DNA of 64,000 bases, taken from Octopus sinensis (Eukaryota). Below the pieces are notes generated by a model that was not told the origin of the DNA, searched no databases, and saw only the letters and a list, made by a program, of their open reading frames with translations. The translations under genes and the position numbers were made by a program. The stretch lies in the NCBI RefSeq assembly GCF_006345805.1, contig NC_043000.1:14260001-14324000 (forward strand), written 5' to 3'. Below are positions 35,716 through 48,571 of the stretch, piece after piece. Position 1 is the first letter of the stretch, and every line of letters begins with the position of its first letter.

Positions 35716-37230
35716 GAGTTGAAGCTGTGTGCACCTAGTGTCGGCCAAAGATGGGTGTGTAGGCTCGTGGCTTTGAATCTCTGTTCTCGCCGTTAGCCTC
35801 CATATCTATATCAAGTGACCTGAAGTTACTAGATATATATGAGGTCGTTGAGCATGTGGCTTTGCTTCCAAGGCCATCTGCATCTATACTGCATATTCTA
35901 AAGCCATTAGCTGGAAAGAGGAATCCTTCATCCCGGATGGTTGTGAATGTTTCCACAAGTAGTTCTTTATAGTCTTGTTTCAAATTTTGGCACAAGGCCA
36001 GCAGTTTTAGGGAAAGCTGTTAGTCTATACCATCGACCACAGCATTTGACTAGTTCTTTATTTTATCGATAGTAGAAGGTTGAAAGGTGAAGTCGACTTC
36101 AGCGGGACTTGAACTCAGAATGTAGAGAGCCGGAAGAAATACCAGAAAAAGTGTTTGGTCTGTCGCTCTAGAGGTTCTGCAAATCCATGCTTCATTTGGT
36201 TAATTCACTCATGCAACAATAATTTATGAGAGGAGGTTATATGACGTATGAAGGTGAATACACATAAAACCGAGAATGGAGGAAAAGTGTTATAACATTA
36301 AAATATTCAGAATAAACAAATAAATACAGATGAATTGCACAAAATAATAGATAAGTATACACATATAAAAATATAAAAGAATATAAATACAAATAAAGGC
36401 AACCACTCCTACATGTATGAAAGACCGCCTCCTCGGTTGATTCAAAGGCACCTAACGACCTCACCGCTTTTATATTGTTTTGTTCTTGCTGTCAAAAACT
36501 GTGACTCTCGAAAGTTCTCGTACGCATTCTCTGTGTGGGATTAGGTTCGAATCCAGTCATATTTTAAGTGTAGTTCTTACGAATTTTTTTATAAGCTTTT
36601 TAGTCTGGTTTTCACCAGCGCTATACAAACATGCTACCAGTTTAAATACGCTTGAGGCATATTCGAACCCGCAAGAAAGCCATTCACTGTATTTTGTCAT
36701 TTATGAAAATCTGGCACCATCTCATTCTCAGTCAGAACACCACTTCCCTAATCTTCCTTTGATCGGTTGAGCTGATCATCAGCTCTTCACTGGAGGATTA
36801 AAGAATTAAAGATCACAATCTCCACCAGGTTGAGACAGGTTTCTCTTTTTGGATCTTGTTTGGGCTCTAATTTATTTCCCCCCTCATTTCGCTGCTGTTC
36901 ACAACAGCTTGCCTTCTTCTGCAGTCTCCTTTTTCTTCCTATCATTTCAAGAAGATGGAGTGGTGGTACAATTGGGACGAAAATATTTCTTATATTTAGC
37001 TATCCTTTGATCTGTGACCAGCGGAGCTCTGAAAGCAGCTGTTACTCTTATTGCTGGGTCTGCCATTGCTCATTACTCTCTCTTCTTCCCAGCTTTCCAA
37101 CTCCTCTTATGTCGACTCGAAAATGTTTGACATAGGCGCAGGAGTGGCTGTGTGTTAAGTAGCTTGCTTACCAACCACATGGTTCTGGGTCCAGTCCCAC
37201 TACATGGCACTTTGGGCAAGTGTCTTCTAC

Positions 37231-38620
37231 GGATCTTTTCTATTCTGAAGCCAGGACCACAGATCTTTCTACTTAACTAAATAATCTGAAACTTCGTATG
37301 CTGATAGAGTCTAGCAAAACAAGACACAGGTTGGAACTAGTTTATTTGAGAAAAATCTATTTTATGACTTTAATCGTAGATTAAAACTGCGAATTTTAAC
37401 CAATCAGATTGTTTGTTTTCATGTGTAAAACTTGACTGCATTCTATTAGTGTGACGTAGAAAGCGCTTTTGTGACGTACTAACGTTCGGAAAACTGTAAA
37501 CAAACACGGCAGACGAAATACGGCTACGCATTTCGCCCGGCGTGCTAACGTTTCTGCCAGCTCTTTGCTTTTTTAATATTAAATTTCGGCGAAGTTTCGC
37601 TTGTCGTAGCACAAGTTTTCCGTCGATTTCCGTAAAAAACTTTTATTTTTTTACATAAGTAATGAGAGCGAAAGAGACTAAGAGGAAGCGATTTTATGAC
37701 GAGGGAAGTTTGTCTTTGAAGTTACCGTCTAGGGCAGGGGTGGGCAAACTTTTTTGATCGCGGGCCGCACAGTGCGTCTTTGGAACCTTGGCGGGCCTCA
37801 TTTATAAAAATCAAGTGAAAATATTGTGAATTACCGTACAGTTACGAAGTATCTGCATAGAAGTTGGGATTCATAAAAGCTCTCGGCGGGCCGCATGAAA
37901 ACCTATGGCGGGCCGCATGCGGCCCGCGGGCCGTAGTTTGCCCACCCCTGGTCTAGGGGAAGCATTGATGTACATGTGTGTGTGTGTGTGTGTGTTTGAT
38001 GGGGTGTGGGAGACAGTATGTTGTGTAAGTGAAGTGCTTCTGTTAGTGTGTGTGAAGAGACAGAGAGAGTAATGTGTGAAAGAGAGAGATAACTGAAATT
38101 TTTTACTCGGTGTATGTGTATATGTATGTCTGCATGTATGTGTGTGTGTGTATGTATCTATGTATGTATGGCCAATTCATCGTAATTACGATTACGATGA
38201 ATCGGCTATACATACATACACACACCACATACATACACACACACATACTTACACATACATACACACACACATACATGCAGACATACAGAATGGAAACATT
38301 TTCAATTTAATACATGTGGCTTATTAACTAGTTTTAAATATTGTTATTAGAAGGTGGCTGACTTGTTTACATTTAAGATGTTAAATACGTCACGAAATTG
38401 GTGGTCGAGACGGAGTAAATAAAATAAAGCCGAATGACGGAATATCATTGGTTAAAATTCTAATTATTAAACAACGTTAAACTTAGAAGTTACAATTCCG
38501 TTTTCATTCTGGTTTACAATTAAGTTTACTTTTGACACATTCTACCAGTATACGAAGTTTCAAATTATTTGGTTCAGTAGGAAAAATTTGAAAAAACTGG
38601 CCTCAAAATAGAAAAGATCC
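37231..38620. mobile_element. Merlin-like non-autonomous element, 1390 bp, with long imperfect inverted arms and nested inserts
   Basis: ggatcttttctatt.tga.gccag TIRs; perfect 8-bp TSD tcttctac (37223-37230 / 38621-38628). Confidence 0.85.
37735..37950. mobile_element. hAT/Charlie MITE (216 bp)
   Basis: caggggtgggcaaact / agtttgcccacccctg TIRs; perfect TSD gtctaggg. Confidence 0.95.
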
Positions 38621-38693
38621 TCTTCTACTATAGTCTCTGGCCGACCAAAACCTTGTGAGTGGATTTGGTAGAAGCCCGTCGTATATATGCGTG

Positions 38694-38803
<110 letters not shown>

Positions 38804-39651
38804 TGTGTGTGTGTCTGTGTGTGTGTGTTTATGTTTGTGTGTCTGTGTTTGTCCCCCCCACATCGTTTGACAACCGATGCTGGTGTGTTTACGTCCCCCT
38901 AACTTAAAAGCGACCGATAGAATAAGTACTAGGCTTACAAAGAACAAGTCCTGGGGTCGATTTGCTCGACTAAAAGGTGGTGCTCCAGCATGGCCGCAGT
39001 CCAATGACTGAAACAAGTAAAAAAAAAAGAATTAAAAAAATATCTCCACAAGTCAGCATTGTCCGCATACTGAACGAGTGCTGAGTGATTTCGTCGCTCT
39101 ATGTGCATCTCAGACAGGTCAAGCTGAAGACATTTCTGCACCTTCAGATTTTATCTCGAACCAGCATTGCTTCAGTACCACAAGAAAGCTCTCAGAGTTT
39201 ATTACTGTTACACGTATAACCAGTGGGCTCTTAATACTGCAACGCTAATCTAAGCTGCTTTCATTCCTATTCCTACAAATGTGTCCCAGAATAACTATGA
39301 GGTCCCAGAATAATTTCGAGGTCTTCGGGAATCAATAGGACTGGCATACCTATACTAAACCCGCTCTGACTACGTGTTATTTCATGGCACCTTTGCTGGG
39401 TCTCTGGTCATAACCCTTGTATTTATTTCCCCAATGGGCAAGTGTATGATGCAGCATATCTGCTTGTCACCTCACTTTACCTCGTCCTTGTTTCTCAAAA
39501 ATTAGCCACACGTTTCTATACATCCCACCTAGCTGATGGAATTCCGCAAATTTTACTACACATCGGCCAGAATTTTTTCTCTCTTTGTGAACATAGGAAA
39601 ACTGTCACCATCTCAAAAAAAAAAAAAAAAGAACAAAGAAAAGAAACACAC

Positions 39652-39819
39652 ATAGGCGCAGGAGTGGTTGTGTGGTAAGTAGCTTGTTTACCAACCACAT
39701 GGCTCCGGGTTCAGTCCCACTGTGTGTCATCTTGGGCAAGTGTCTTCTACTATAGCCTCGGGCCGACCAAAGCCTTGTGAGTAGATTTGGTAGACGGAAA
39801 CTGAAAGAAGCCTGTCGTA

Positions 39820-39906
<87 letters not shown>

Positions 39907-40119
39907 ATGTTTGTGTGTCTGTGTTTGTCCCCCTAGCATTGCTTGACAACCGATGCTGGTGTGTTTATGTCCCCGTCACTTAGCGGTTCGGCAAAAAGAG
40001 ACCGATAGAATAAGTACTGGGCTTACAAAAGAATAAGACCCGGGGTCGAGTTGCTCGATTAAAGGCGGTGCTCCAGCATGGCCGCAGTCAAATGACTGAA
40101 ACAAGTAAAAGAGTAAAAG
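39652..40119 (+). mobile_element. SINE-A, full length
   Basis: Family match. Confidence 0.93.
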
Positions 40120-40759
40120 AAACACACCGAGTCAAGTCACTTTCTTGTTTGCCCTTTCCTAGTTTAAAATGGTCAGGCAAGGAGAAATAATTTGTCTTGA
40201 CAACCTGGTCCTGCAATTTCTTTTCGGGAGTTGAACTTATACCCAATGATACACTCTATTTCGTAACGTTAGCAAATCTGCTATCTTCCTATCGGAAATT
40301 TATATTTTCACTGCTGAAGTATAGCGATGTATGATAGTTTGTGTTAACGACAAATGTATCTATTTGTGAAAATATCATTCTTTCCTCAGCATTTTCCATT
40401 TGTTAATGTTTACGTCCATAATTCTAAGTACATGTTTAGCTGTCATAGTCATTTTAAAAATTCGCGCTTTTGCTTTCGAATTTCTTTTTTTTTTTTTTTG
40501 TTTGTGTGTTTCAGTATTTTTGCGAGCATAATAAAGATTATTACGCTTCTGGCTAGTACCTACCACCGCTGAAGCAGAAGACGAAAAAGAATTTTCAATA
40601 GTAAGTAAACACGTGCTTACACAAACACGTGTTTACGTAATAGTAAACACGTGTTTGTGCTAGTATAAAATATAAATGGCCAAGGACAAATATTTTCCTG
40701 CTCCTAGCTACAAATACAGTCATCAAATATTCTAAAGACTCCATTTTGATAATAAATCG

Positions 40760-41082
40760 CCTGGTACTTAATTTATTGAATCCGAAAGGATGAAAGGCAA
40801 AGTCGACCACAGCGGAATTTGAACTCAGAACTTAAAAACAGAAGAAATACCTATTTCTTTACTACCCACAAGGGGCTAACTACAGAGAGGACAAACAAGG
40901 ACAGACAAACGGATTAAGTCGATTACATCGATGCCAGTGCATAACTGGTACTTAATTTATCGACCCCGAAAGGATGAAAGGCAAAGTCGACCTCGGCGGA
41001 ATTTGAACTCAGAACGTAACGACAGACGAAATACCGCTAAGCATATCGTCCGGCGAGCTCACGATTCTGCCAGTTCGCCGCC

Positions 41083-41083
<1 letters not shown>
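40760..41083 (-). mobile_element. SINE-B dimer, followed by (TAA)n at 41084-41155
   Basis: Junction aagaaatagg|tattt present. Confidence 0.88.
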
Positions 41084-41155
<72 letters not shown>

Positions 41156-41159
41156 AAAC

Positions 41160-41428
41160 TGGACCGGGTTGCGTGTTGTGTTCTTGAGCAAGACACTTTA
41201 TTTCACGTTGCTCCAGTTCACTCAGCTGTAGAAATGAGTTGCGATGTCACTGGTGCCAAGCTGTATCAACCTTTGCCTTTCCCTTGGATAACACTGGTGG
41301 CGTGGAGAGGGGAGGCCAGTATGCATGGGCAACTGCTGGTCTTCCATAAACAACCTTGCCCGGACTTGTGCCTCGGAGGGTAACTTTCTAGGTGCAATCT
41401 CAAGGTCAGTCATGACCGAAGGGGGTAT
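41160..41428 (+). mobile_element. SINE with Deu-like centre, 5'-truncated (second copy 62870-63105)
   Basis: tttcacgttgctccagttcactcagctgtagaaatgagttgcg ... catgaccgaagggggt. Confidence 0.85.
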
Positions 41429-41473
41429 CAGCATATATATGTTACGTTATATTATATTATATTATATTCTAAG

Positions 41474-41600
41474 ACGGCAAGCTGGCAGAATTGTTAGTAC
41501 GCCGGGCGAAATGCTTTGCGGCATTTCGTCCGTCTTTACGTTATGAGTTCAAATTCCGCCGAAGTCGACTTCGCCTTTCAATCCTTTCGGGGCTGGGTAC
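41474..41600 (+). mobile_element. SINE-B 5' half
   Basis: Head and B box present. Confidence 0.8.
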
Positions 41601-41649
41601 CAGTTGAGTACTGGATCGATCCCACGAAATTTGGAACCTTTATATCATA

Positions 41650-42036
41650 CTAGCAGTATCGCCCGGCGTTGCTCAGGTTTGTAAGGGAAATAACTATAAA
41701 GCATTTTTAGAGAGTTATAGCCAAAAAATAGCAAAAAAATGGGAAAAAAATGATGGTAAATTTTTTTTGAGAGTGAAAAAAGGTGGAGTTGCGTCCCCTA
41801 GACAGTTTGCGGTTTGTGTTTCTGATTTTCGACCCCATGTCGAATTTATCGATTTTTTTCAGAACTGGGGGAACTTTTCAAAATTTTCGCTGCGTTAGTT
41901 TTGAATTATGACATTGGGCTACGTGTGTGTGTCAAGTTTCATCAGAATCGGTTGAAAGCCGTGGTCAGGGTGAGGCTACGAGAAAACAGACACACAGAAA
42001 CACGCACAGACAAACTGCCGTTTATATAGAGAGAGA
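41650..42036 (-). mobile_element. Non-autonomous Helitron
   Basis: Minus strand A|TCtctctctatataaa ... ctgagcaacgccggg-cgatactg-CTAG|T; 3' about 100 bp shared with 24110-24506. Confidence 0.85.
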
Positions 42037-42323
42037 TTATATACTTATTTATGCATATCTTTTTCAGACTTCCATGCGTACAATACTTGTCAAGTGATGC
42101 AAGCAGGGCTTATTACAGCAGCATATCAGTCTTATATGTATATAACTAGATCTTCCTCCTGCACCACCTTTCACATTTCTTATTCCTCGCTTCATCTTGT
42201 GCCCCTCGCACACATACACACGCATTTACTGCATGTATATATGTATTGTGTGTGTGTGGTGTGTGTGTGAGTGTGTATATGTGAATGGTATGTGTGTGCG
42301 TATGTGTGTGTGTGTGTTGTGTG

Positions 42324-42374
<51 letters not shown>

Positions 42375-42376
<2 letters not shown>

Positions 42377-42640
42377 GCCTGGCCCCCGTGCCGGTGGCAC
42401 GTAAAAAGCACCATCCGATCGTGGCCGTTTGCCAGCCTCGTCTGGCACCTGTGCCGGTGGCACGTAAAAAGCACTCACTACACTCACGGAGTGGTTGGCG
42501 TTAGGAAGGGCATCCAGCCGTAGAAACATTGCCAGATCAGACTGGGCCTGGTGCAGCCTTCTGGCTTCCCAGACCCCAGTTGAGCCGTCCAACCCATGCT
42601 AGCATGGAAAGCGGATGCTAAATGATGATGATGATGATGA
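42375..42640 (+). mobile_element. SINE-D (Nin-like domain, internal tandem repeats, (GAT)n tail), 5'-truncated
   Basis: ggcgttaggaagggcatccagccgtagaaa; repeated ggtggcacgtaaaaagcac; tail atgatgatg. Confidence 0.85.
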
Positions 42641-42841
42641 TATATATTCTTATTATTATCAAAGAATGTATAAATGTATTGTAATTTTTTGTGCCCAATA
42701 TTTTAATGATCTTTTTTATATTTTCCCAAGATTTTCCCTTGTAAACTGTTTTTAACATGTTCTTATCATTATCAGAGAATGTATATATGTATTGTAATAT
42801 TTTGTAACAACCAGTACCTAACACAACAAAGCTTTTACTTG

Positions 42842-42887
42842 TTACTTTTGACAATCTTTTTCTAAAGAAGTGAAACCGGTCAAGTAA
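42842..42887 (+). ncRNA. Degenerate type I hammerhead upstream of (TA)n
   Basis: TTACTT-TTGACAA-...-GAAA-CCGG-T-C-AAGTAA: 6-bp helix I, ACCGGT palindrome, GUC triplet, followed by aataaa; core shows transition-type decay. Confidence 0.55.
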
Positions 42888-42930
42888 ATAAACACCTTTT
42901 AAAATTGCATTTTCAAACCTTCTTTCATAT

Positions 42931-42970
<40 letters not shown>

Positions 42971-42972
42971 TA

Positions 42973-43343
42973 CAATAAAAAAAAATGGGAGGGATCAATA
43001 GGTGGTTCATTAACTTTCATACATTATATTATGTCAATTTATTTATTTATTTACTAAAATGGCAATTACAAGAATATACATACATGTATAACATATTATG
43101 CTTTACATATAGAATATATTAATATATAAAGATACCAGAAATTATTAAAATATAACATACAGGGATATAATTGGGAAAATCAATAGTATCTTTATATATT
43201 AATATATTTTATATCTAAAGTATATGTTATACATGCATGTATATTCTTGTAATTGTCATTCTAGTAAATAAATAAATGAATTGACATAATATAATGTCTA
43301 AAAGTTGATGAACCACCTATTGATCCCCTCCATTTTCTTATTG
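42973..43343. repeat. 371-bp foldback (about 160-bp arms, about 50-bp spacer) starting at (TA)n
   Basis: gatcaataggtggttcat.aac ... gtt.atgaaccacctattgatc; arm differences are mostly transitions. Confidence 0.9.
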
Positions 43344-43538
43344 CTCTATAAATAAATTAATGGTGAAAATATCTCTTTACCTTCACCCATTTAGTACACT
43401 AGGTAATGTAATTGCAATGCAATAAAAAACACTTGTGTATTAATAACTGGGTATTCTACCAGCAGTATATTGGATAGATATTATCCCTTAGTTGGTTGGA
43501 TTCACAACCTCTAACTTTCTTGGAATATATATATATAT

Positions 43539-43603
<65 letters not shown>

Positions 43604-43658
43604 GTTTAAATATTTGTTGTGCAAGATTTTTTTATGTGAAGTCGTGTGTTGAAACAGA

Positions 43659-43815
43659 TATTGTTGTATTTAGGAATGGTCATTTTGCCAGTTTAGCCAA
43701 TAAAAACACACGCACTATATATTAAGATTAATGTAAAAAATAAATAACACCAAATATATAGTGCGTGTATTTTTATTGGCTAAACTGGCAGAATGACCAT
43801 TCTAAATACAACATA

Positions 43816-43817
<2 letters not shown>
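43659..43817. repeat. Foldback (about 63-bp arms, about 30-bp spacer) between (TA)n runs
   Basis: gttgtatttag.aatggtcatt.tgccagtttagccaataaaaa.acacgcactatatatt and its reverse complement. Confidence 0.9.
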
Positions 43818-43850
<33 letters not shown>

Positions 43851-43874
43851 ATATATTATATATAATATATATTA

Positions 43875-44392
43875 TAGGCGCAGGCGTGTCTGTGTAGTAA
43901 GCAGTTTGCTTCCAACCACATGGTTTGTCTGGACTCAGGTGCCACTACCGTGGTACCTTGGGTAAGTGACTTCTACTTTAACCTCAGGCTTTGTGAATGG
44001 ATTTGATTGAGGGAAACTGAAAGAAGTCCGCCATATAGAAAGATACATACATAAGTACATACATACACACACACACCACTAATATATATATATATAATAT
44101 ATATATATATATTATATTATATATATATATTATATATTATATATATCTGTGTGTGTGTGTGTGTGTGTGTATACGTTTGTATATATTTGTGTGTTGTATT
44201 TGTCCCCGCAACATCGCTTGACAACCGATGCTGGTGTGTGTTTACGTCTCCGCAACTTAGCCGTTCGGCAAAAGAGACCGATAGAATAAGAACTAGGCTT
44301 AAAAAAGAATAAGTCCTGGGATCGATCTGCTCGACTACAAGCGGTGCTCCAGCATGGACACAGGCACATGACTGAAACAAGTAAAAGAGAAA
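43875..44392 (+). mobile_element. SINE-A (diverged head)
   Basis: Family match. Confidence 0.85.
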
Positions 44393-44403
44393 ACGAGTGT
44401 ATG

Positions 44404-44462
<59 letters not shown>

Positions 44463-44536
44463 GAAGGAGAGAGAGAGAGAGAGATAGTGTTTAATTCAAT
44501 TATCATACACAGAACGCGCACGCACAGATACTTGCT

Positions 44537-44573
<37 letters not shown>

Positions 44574-44697
44574 ACACACGATTATTCTCCCTCCGTCTAT
44601 CACACCACTTACCATTCCATTATTTCGCGCTTACAGTTACATAAAGTCACATATTTCCAGACACACGTATTCATTGGCAAAGACTTTATATAAGGGT

Positions 44698-44788
44698 GTA
44701 TGTATGTATGAAAGCATGTATGTATGTATGTATGTATGTACGTATATATGTATGTATGGATGGATGGATGTATGTACGTACTTATGTA

Positions 44789-44819
<31 letters not shown>

Positions 44820-44896
44820 ATGTATGTATGTATGTATGTATGTATGTATGTATGTATGTATGTATGTATGTATGCATGTATGTATGTTTGTACGTA

Positions 44897-44929
<33 letters not shown>

Positions 44930-45178
44930 ATGTACGTATGTATGTATGTATGTATGCGTCGTGTACGTATGTATGTATGTATGTATGTATGTATGTATGT
45001 ATGTATGTATATATATATGTATGTGTGTGTGCATATATGCATGTATGTATGTATGTATGTATGTACGTACGTACGTGTGTGTGTGCGCGTGTATGTATAT
45101 ATGTATGTATATATGTATGTATGTATGTTGTATGTATGTATGTGTGTATGTGTGTGTATGTATGTATGTATGTATATA
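44698..45178. repeat. (TATG)n tract
   Basis: Direct reading. Confidence 0.95.
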
Positions 45179-45244
45179 TAAAGAGGAAGGAGGTGAGATA
45201 AACATGAATTCATCATACAGCGGGATCAATACGCTTTCATTCAC

Positions 45245-45444
45245 CACGTTCAGTACAGGAGTGGCGGGAAAATATTTTCCCATCACGTGAACTCTCCGAA
45301 AGTGACGTCAAAGCATGCAAACGAGTGAATGTAGTGCAGCTGTTGTCATGGATGTTGCTGCTGCTGCTGCCACAGCTGTCGTCGTCTGTAGCTGTCTTTG
45401 CTGTTATTTTCGTAGAGCGATGGATTGCTTGCATTGAGTTACTT
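45245..45444 (-). CDS. Candidate low-complexity exon (SNSMQAIHRST...)
   Basis: About 50% GC island, acceptor ttttacag|, open frame, possible donor gtg|gtgaat; no homology recognised. Confidence 0.15.
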
Positions 45445-45675
45445 CTGTAAAAACCTTCTGATTTTATTTAATCCCGCTGAAGTTCACTTTGTCCTTTAAT
45501 CCTTCTGGAATCGATTAAATTAAATAAGTCCGAAACCCAGACTTTAAAATCTGAAACAGAATTTTTTGATAACAAATAGCAAACCATTCGATTAATTTTA
45601 GGTTACTTTATATCGTTGCATTCTACTCAATGATATTCAATAAAACTTAATACAATTTGGTGAGGTATAAGCACT

Positions 45676-46322
45676 GGTTAGGGTTTCGATTAGGACTAGG
45701 TTAGGGAGAGGATTTAAGTTTACGAATTAAGGTCAAAGGTTAGGGTCAAATCTTAAAGTTAAGGTTTAGGATTTAGAGTTAGAATTTAAAGTTATGGTTT
45801 AAGGGACTAGAGTTTAAGATTGGGGTTTGAGATTTAGAGTTAGGGTTTAGCGGTTGAGTCCAAATTCCGCCGAGGTTGACTTTGCCTTTCATCCTTTCGG
45901 GGTCGATAAATTAAGTACCAGTTACGCACTCAGGTCGATATAATCGACTTAATCCCTTTGTCTGTCTTTGTTTGTCCTCTCTGTGTTTAGTCCATTGTGG
46001 GTAGTATAGAAACAGGTTTAGGAGTTAGGCTTTAGGATTGGGTTTAAAGTTAAGGCTGTGTTTATGATTTAGGGTCAGTTTTAGGGTTATAATTATGGGA
46101 TCAGGATTTAGGGCCTGGTTTTGATTTCAGGGTTAGTGGTGGGCTTTAAGACTTGAATTTAAGATTAGGGTTTAGGGTTGGAAATAGTTTTTAAGATTCA
46201 GTACTTAAGGCTAGAGTTTCAGAGTTCGGCAGAGTTAATCTTTAGGGTTTGAATTTAGGGTTAGGGTTCAGGGTGGCAAAAAATGATTTAAGGATTAGTA
46301 TTTTGAGGACAATATTTAGGGT
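45676..46322 (+). repeat. Degenerate interstitial (T)TTAGGG-like tract, interrupted by a truncated SINE-B (45862-46015)
   Basis: Many ttaggg/tttaggg/ttagag/ttaagg variants, all on one strand. Confidence 0.75.
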
Positions 46323-46746
46323 CACGGCTAGAAAACTGTAGTTGTGTTTAAATTTCTTTGCACATGCAGATGACTCATATTTATAGCGTATGCGCAAAAT
46401 CAAAATGAATCAGACTACTTTTGTTTCGGAAAAAGAAAAAGAAAAAAAGGAGAAAGTAAACTGCTTTCGACTATATAAAGTTCGAGTTACGCAAATAAGA
46501 TAAAATTACTGAGGTCAATTACTCATTGACTATACCTCTTTCCCTAAAGATGTGTAACCTTATGTCCACAGTAAAACATTTTTGTTGTTATTCTGGTTGT
46601 TGTCTTCGTTGTTGTTGCCTTTTGTAGTGGTTCTTTTTTATTGCTGCAATGGACGATACTGTATCTACAATGTCACTGTTTAACCCCAGATCAGCTCCCG
46701 TTTGAAATAGGCCTATGACCAAAGCCATCACCATCACCATCATGTA

Positions 46747-46935
46747 CGAGGGGACGCTGAAAAGTTCCTGACTTTAAAGGTGTCGCGAAAGGTCTGGGTC
46801 TGGTTTCGAAAAACTGAAGGACCGCTGCAATAAGTGTGTGAGTCTGAGAGGGGAATATGTTGAATAAAATCCTAATTAACTGATCCTCCTGTATTTTCTT
46901 TTATCCAAAGCCAGGAACTTTTCAGCACCCCCTCG
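46747..46935. mobile_element. Mariner-type MITE (189 bp), opposite orientation to 30373
   Basis: TA-cgaggggacgctgaaaagttcctg ... ccaggaacttttcagcaccccctcg-TA. Confidence 0.9.
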
Positions 46936-47259
46936 TACCTTTTTGTATATCCATGGCTACGATGTGGTTCAAAGTGTCCCTTTTTTAACGGAACCTAGGC
47001 CTTGCTTTGCAATCACGCAGTTTGAGGTTTAGTTCGACTGCGTGACATTTTGGGCAAACGTCTTCTCCTATAGACCCAGAAGAAGTGATACCCTGCCGGC
47101 CAGCATATGTTTGTTGCTGGAGCTAAGGCTTGGTTAACCTGCTTGGGATCTGGTGCAGACACCAGATCTTTCTTTCTTTCTTGTGAAAGAAAGAAATAAA
47201 GAAAGAAAGATGAAGAACCGGATCCATATACTATGACAATGGCGGTTGCTACTTTAAGC

Positions 47260-47493
47260 AAAGGCGGCGAGCTGGCAGAAACGTTAGCACGCCGGGCGAA
47301 ATGCTTAGCAGAATTTCGTCTGCCGTTACGTTCTGAGTTCAAATTCCGCCGCGGTCGACTTTGCCTTTCATCCTTTCGGGGTCGATAAATTAAGTACCGG
47401 TTACGCACTGGGGTCGATATAATCGACTCGATCCGTTTGTCTGTCCTTGTTTGTCCTCTCTGTGTTTAACCCCTTGTGGGTAATAAAGAAATA
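47260..47493 (+). mobile_element. SINE-B
   Basis: TSD ggttgctactttaagc (16 bp). Confidence 0.93.
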
Positions 47494-47865
47494 GGTTGCT
47501 ACTTTAAGCTGCATGTTTTGGAGTATGTTTTTGTAGGTGTTAGCTGTTAGGTCGGAGTAGTTATACAGGTTTGAGGAATTATGTATGTCTTCTCGTATGA
47601 AGTTGGGAATATGTTTTATGGACATCTTGGAAGATCATGTATATCTTTTATTTTTACTTTATTTGTTTCATGATCTGCTCAACATTAATGTTTGCCCAGC
47701 CACATTTGACTCAGTTTGGTACCTAATGACCCTGCTCTACATTTTCTGTCAATGAACCCCCTCTGCCAAGTACCCAGTCAGTCGTACGAAGCAGAACCCA
47801 TCTGTCTAAGCAAACCTGCACTGAAAGGTTTAGTGGAAAAAAATCGGCCCCGGTACTTTGGTGCT

Positions 47866-48178
47866 AATTCTATCGGTTTTTTTTTGTCGGACCACTAAGT
47901 TACGGGGATGCAAACAAACCAAAACCGGTTATCAAGCAGTGGTAAGTGATAAATACAAACCCGAAGACATACACACGAGCATGCACATGCATATACACAC
48001 GCAAACCACAAACGATAGACTTCTGCATAGTTTCCGTCAACGAAATCCACTCGAAAGTCATAGGTCAACCTGAGGCTATAGAAGGAGATTTCTGCTCCAA
48101 GTGCCGCACAGTGGGATTGAACTCGAAACCACGTGGCAGCAAAGCGAACTGTGAACCACACTGTCATACCTGCGCATA
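47866..48178 (-). mobile_element. Old SINE-A
   Basis: Diverged family match. Confidence 0.7.
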
Positions 48179-48550
48179 TGCATTCACGCAATCAAAATTC
48201 GTTTTATTGTAATTTATCTCAAGTTAATTACAAGCCATTATAAATGCTTTTATTTTTATTTGTTCCAGCTGCAAAAAGAAATTAATAAAATAAAGCGCAA
48301 ATATCTAGTATCTTCCCACATAGTCTTTCAAATTGCTTTTCCTATGGTCATTGTTTTACGCATTTCCGTCATTAGTGATGTTATTGTTCTGGCTTTTGTT
48401 GCTTTTGTTTGTTTTTCTAATGACGATGCATTTTGCTTTTGTCATGATGTTGGTACTGATGTGACGTCATATCTTCTTTGCTGTTACAGAAAATATAGTC
48501 AATGGAAATACGATGCACCTACTATTAAAGGGAGACAATCCACTTTTCAC

Positions 48551-48571
48551 CTGTCTGAAAGAGGCTGCCAT
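48551..48571 (-). CDS. Candidate first coding exon (MAASFRQ)
   Basis: caagATGGCAGCC start context and donor CAG|gtgaaa; the same DNA has an alternative plus-strand exon reading at 48490-48608. Confidence 0.2.

Noticed and set aside
36960-37110. Minus-strand GRP...CFQSSAGHRSKDS as another ORF1 zinc knuckle
   Set aside because: Two of three Cys are absent, spacing is wrong, and there is no supporting upstream domain
43300-43385. Hammerhead-like ttgatga...gaaaatatctc; similar traces at about 1770-1830, 25590-25640 and 43610-43670
   Set aside because: Core and/or helices I and III too degenerate to separate from chance in AT-rich DNA
44609-45290. Long ORFs of YIHT/MYVC type (also 57854-58830, 32018-32533, 27892-28554, 55660-56265, 63492-63969)
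   Set aside because: Translations of tetra-, tri- and dinucleotide repeats that lack stop codons; no coding signal
45316-45450. Plus-strand frame with a GPCR TM3-like SSVAVFAVIFVERWIA
   Set aside because: Upstream Cys spacing is 34 rather than 25, a stop follows 9 codons later, and the hydrophobicity derives from CTG/GTC repeats
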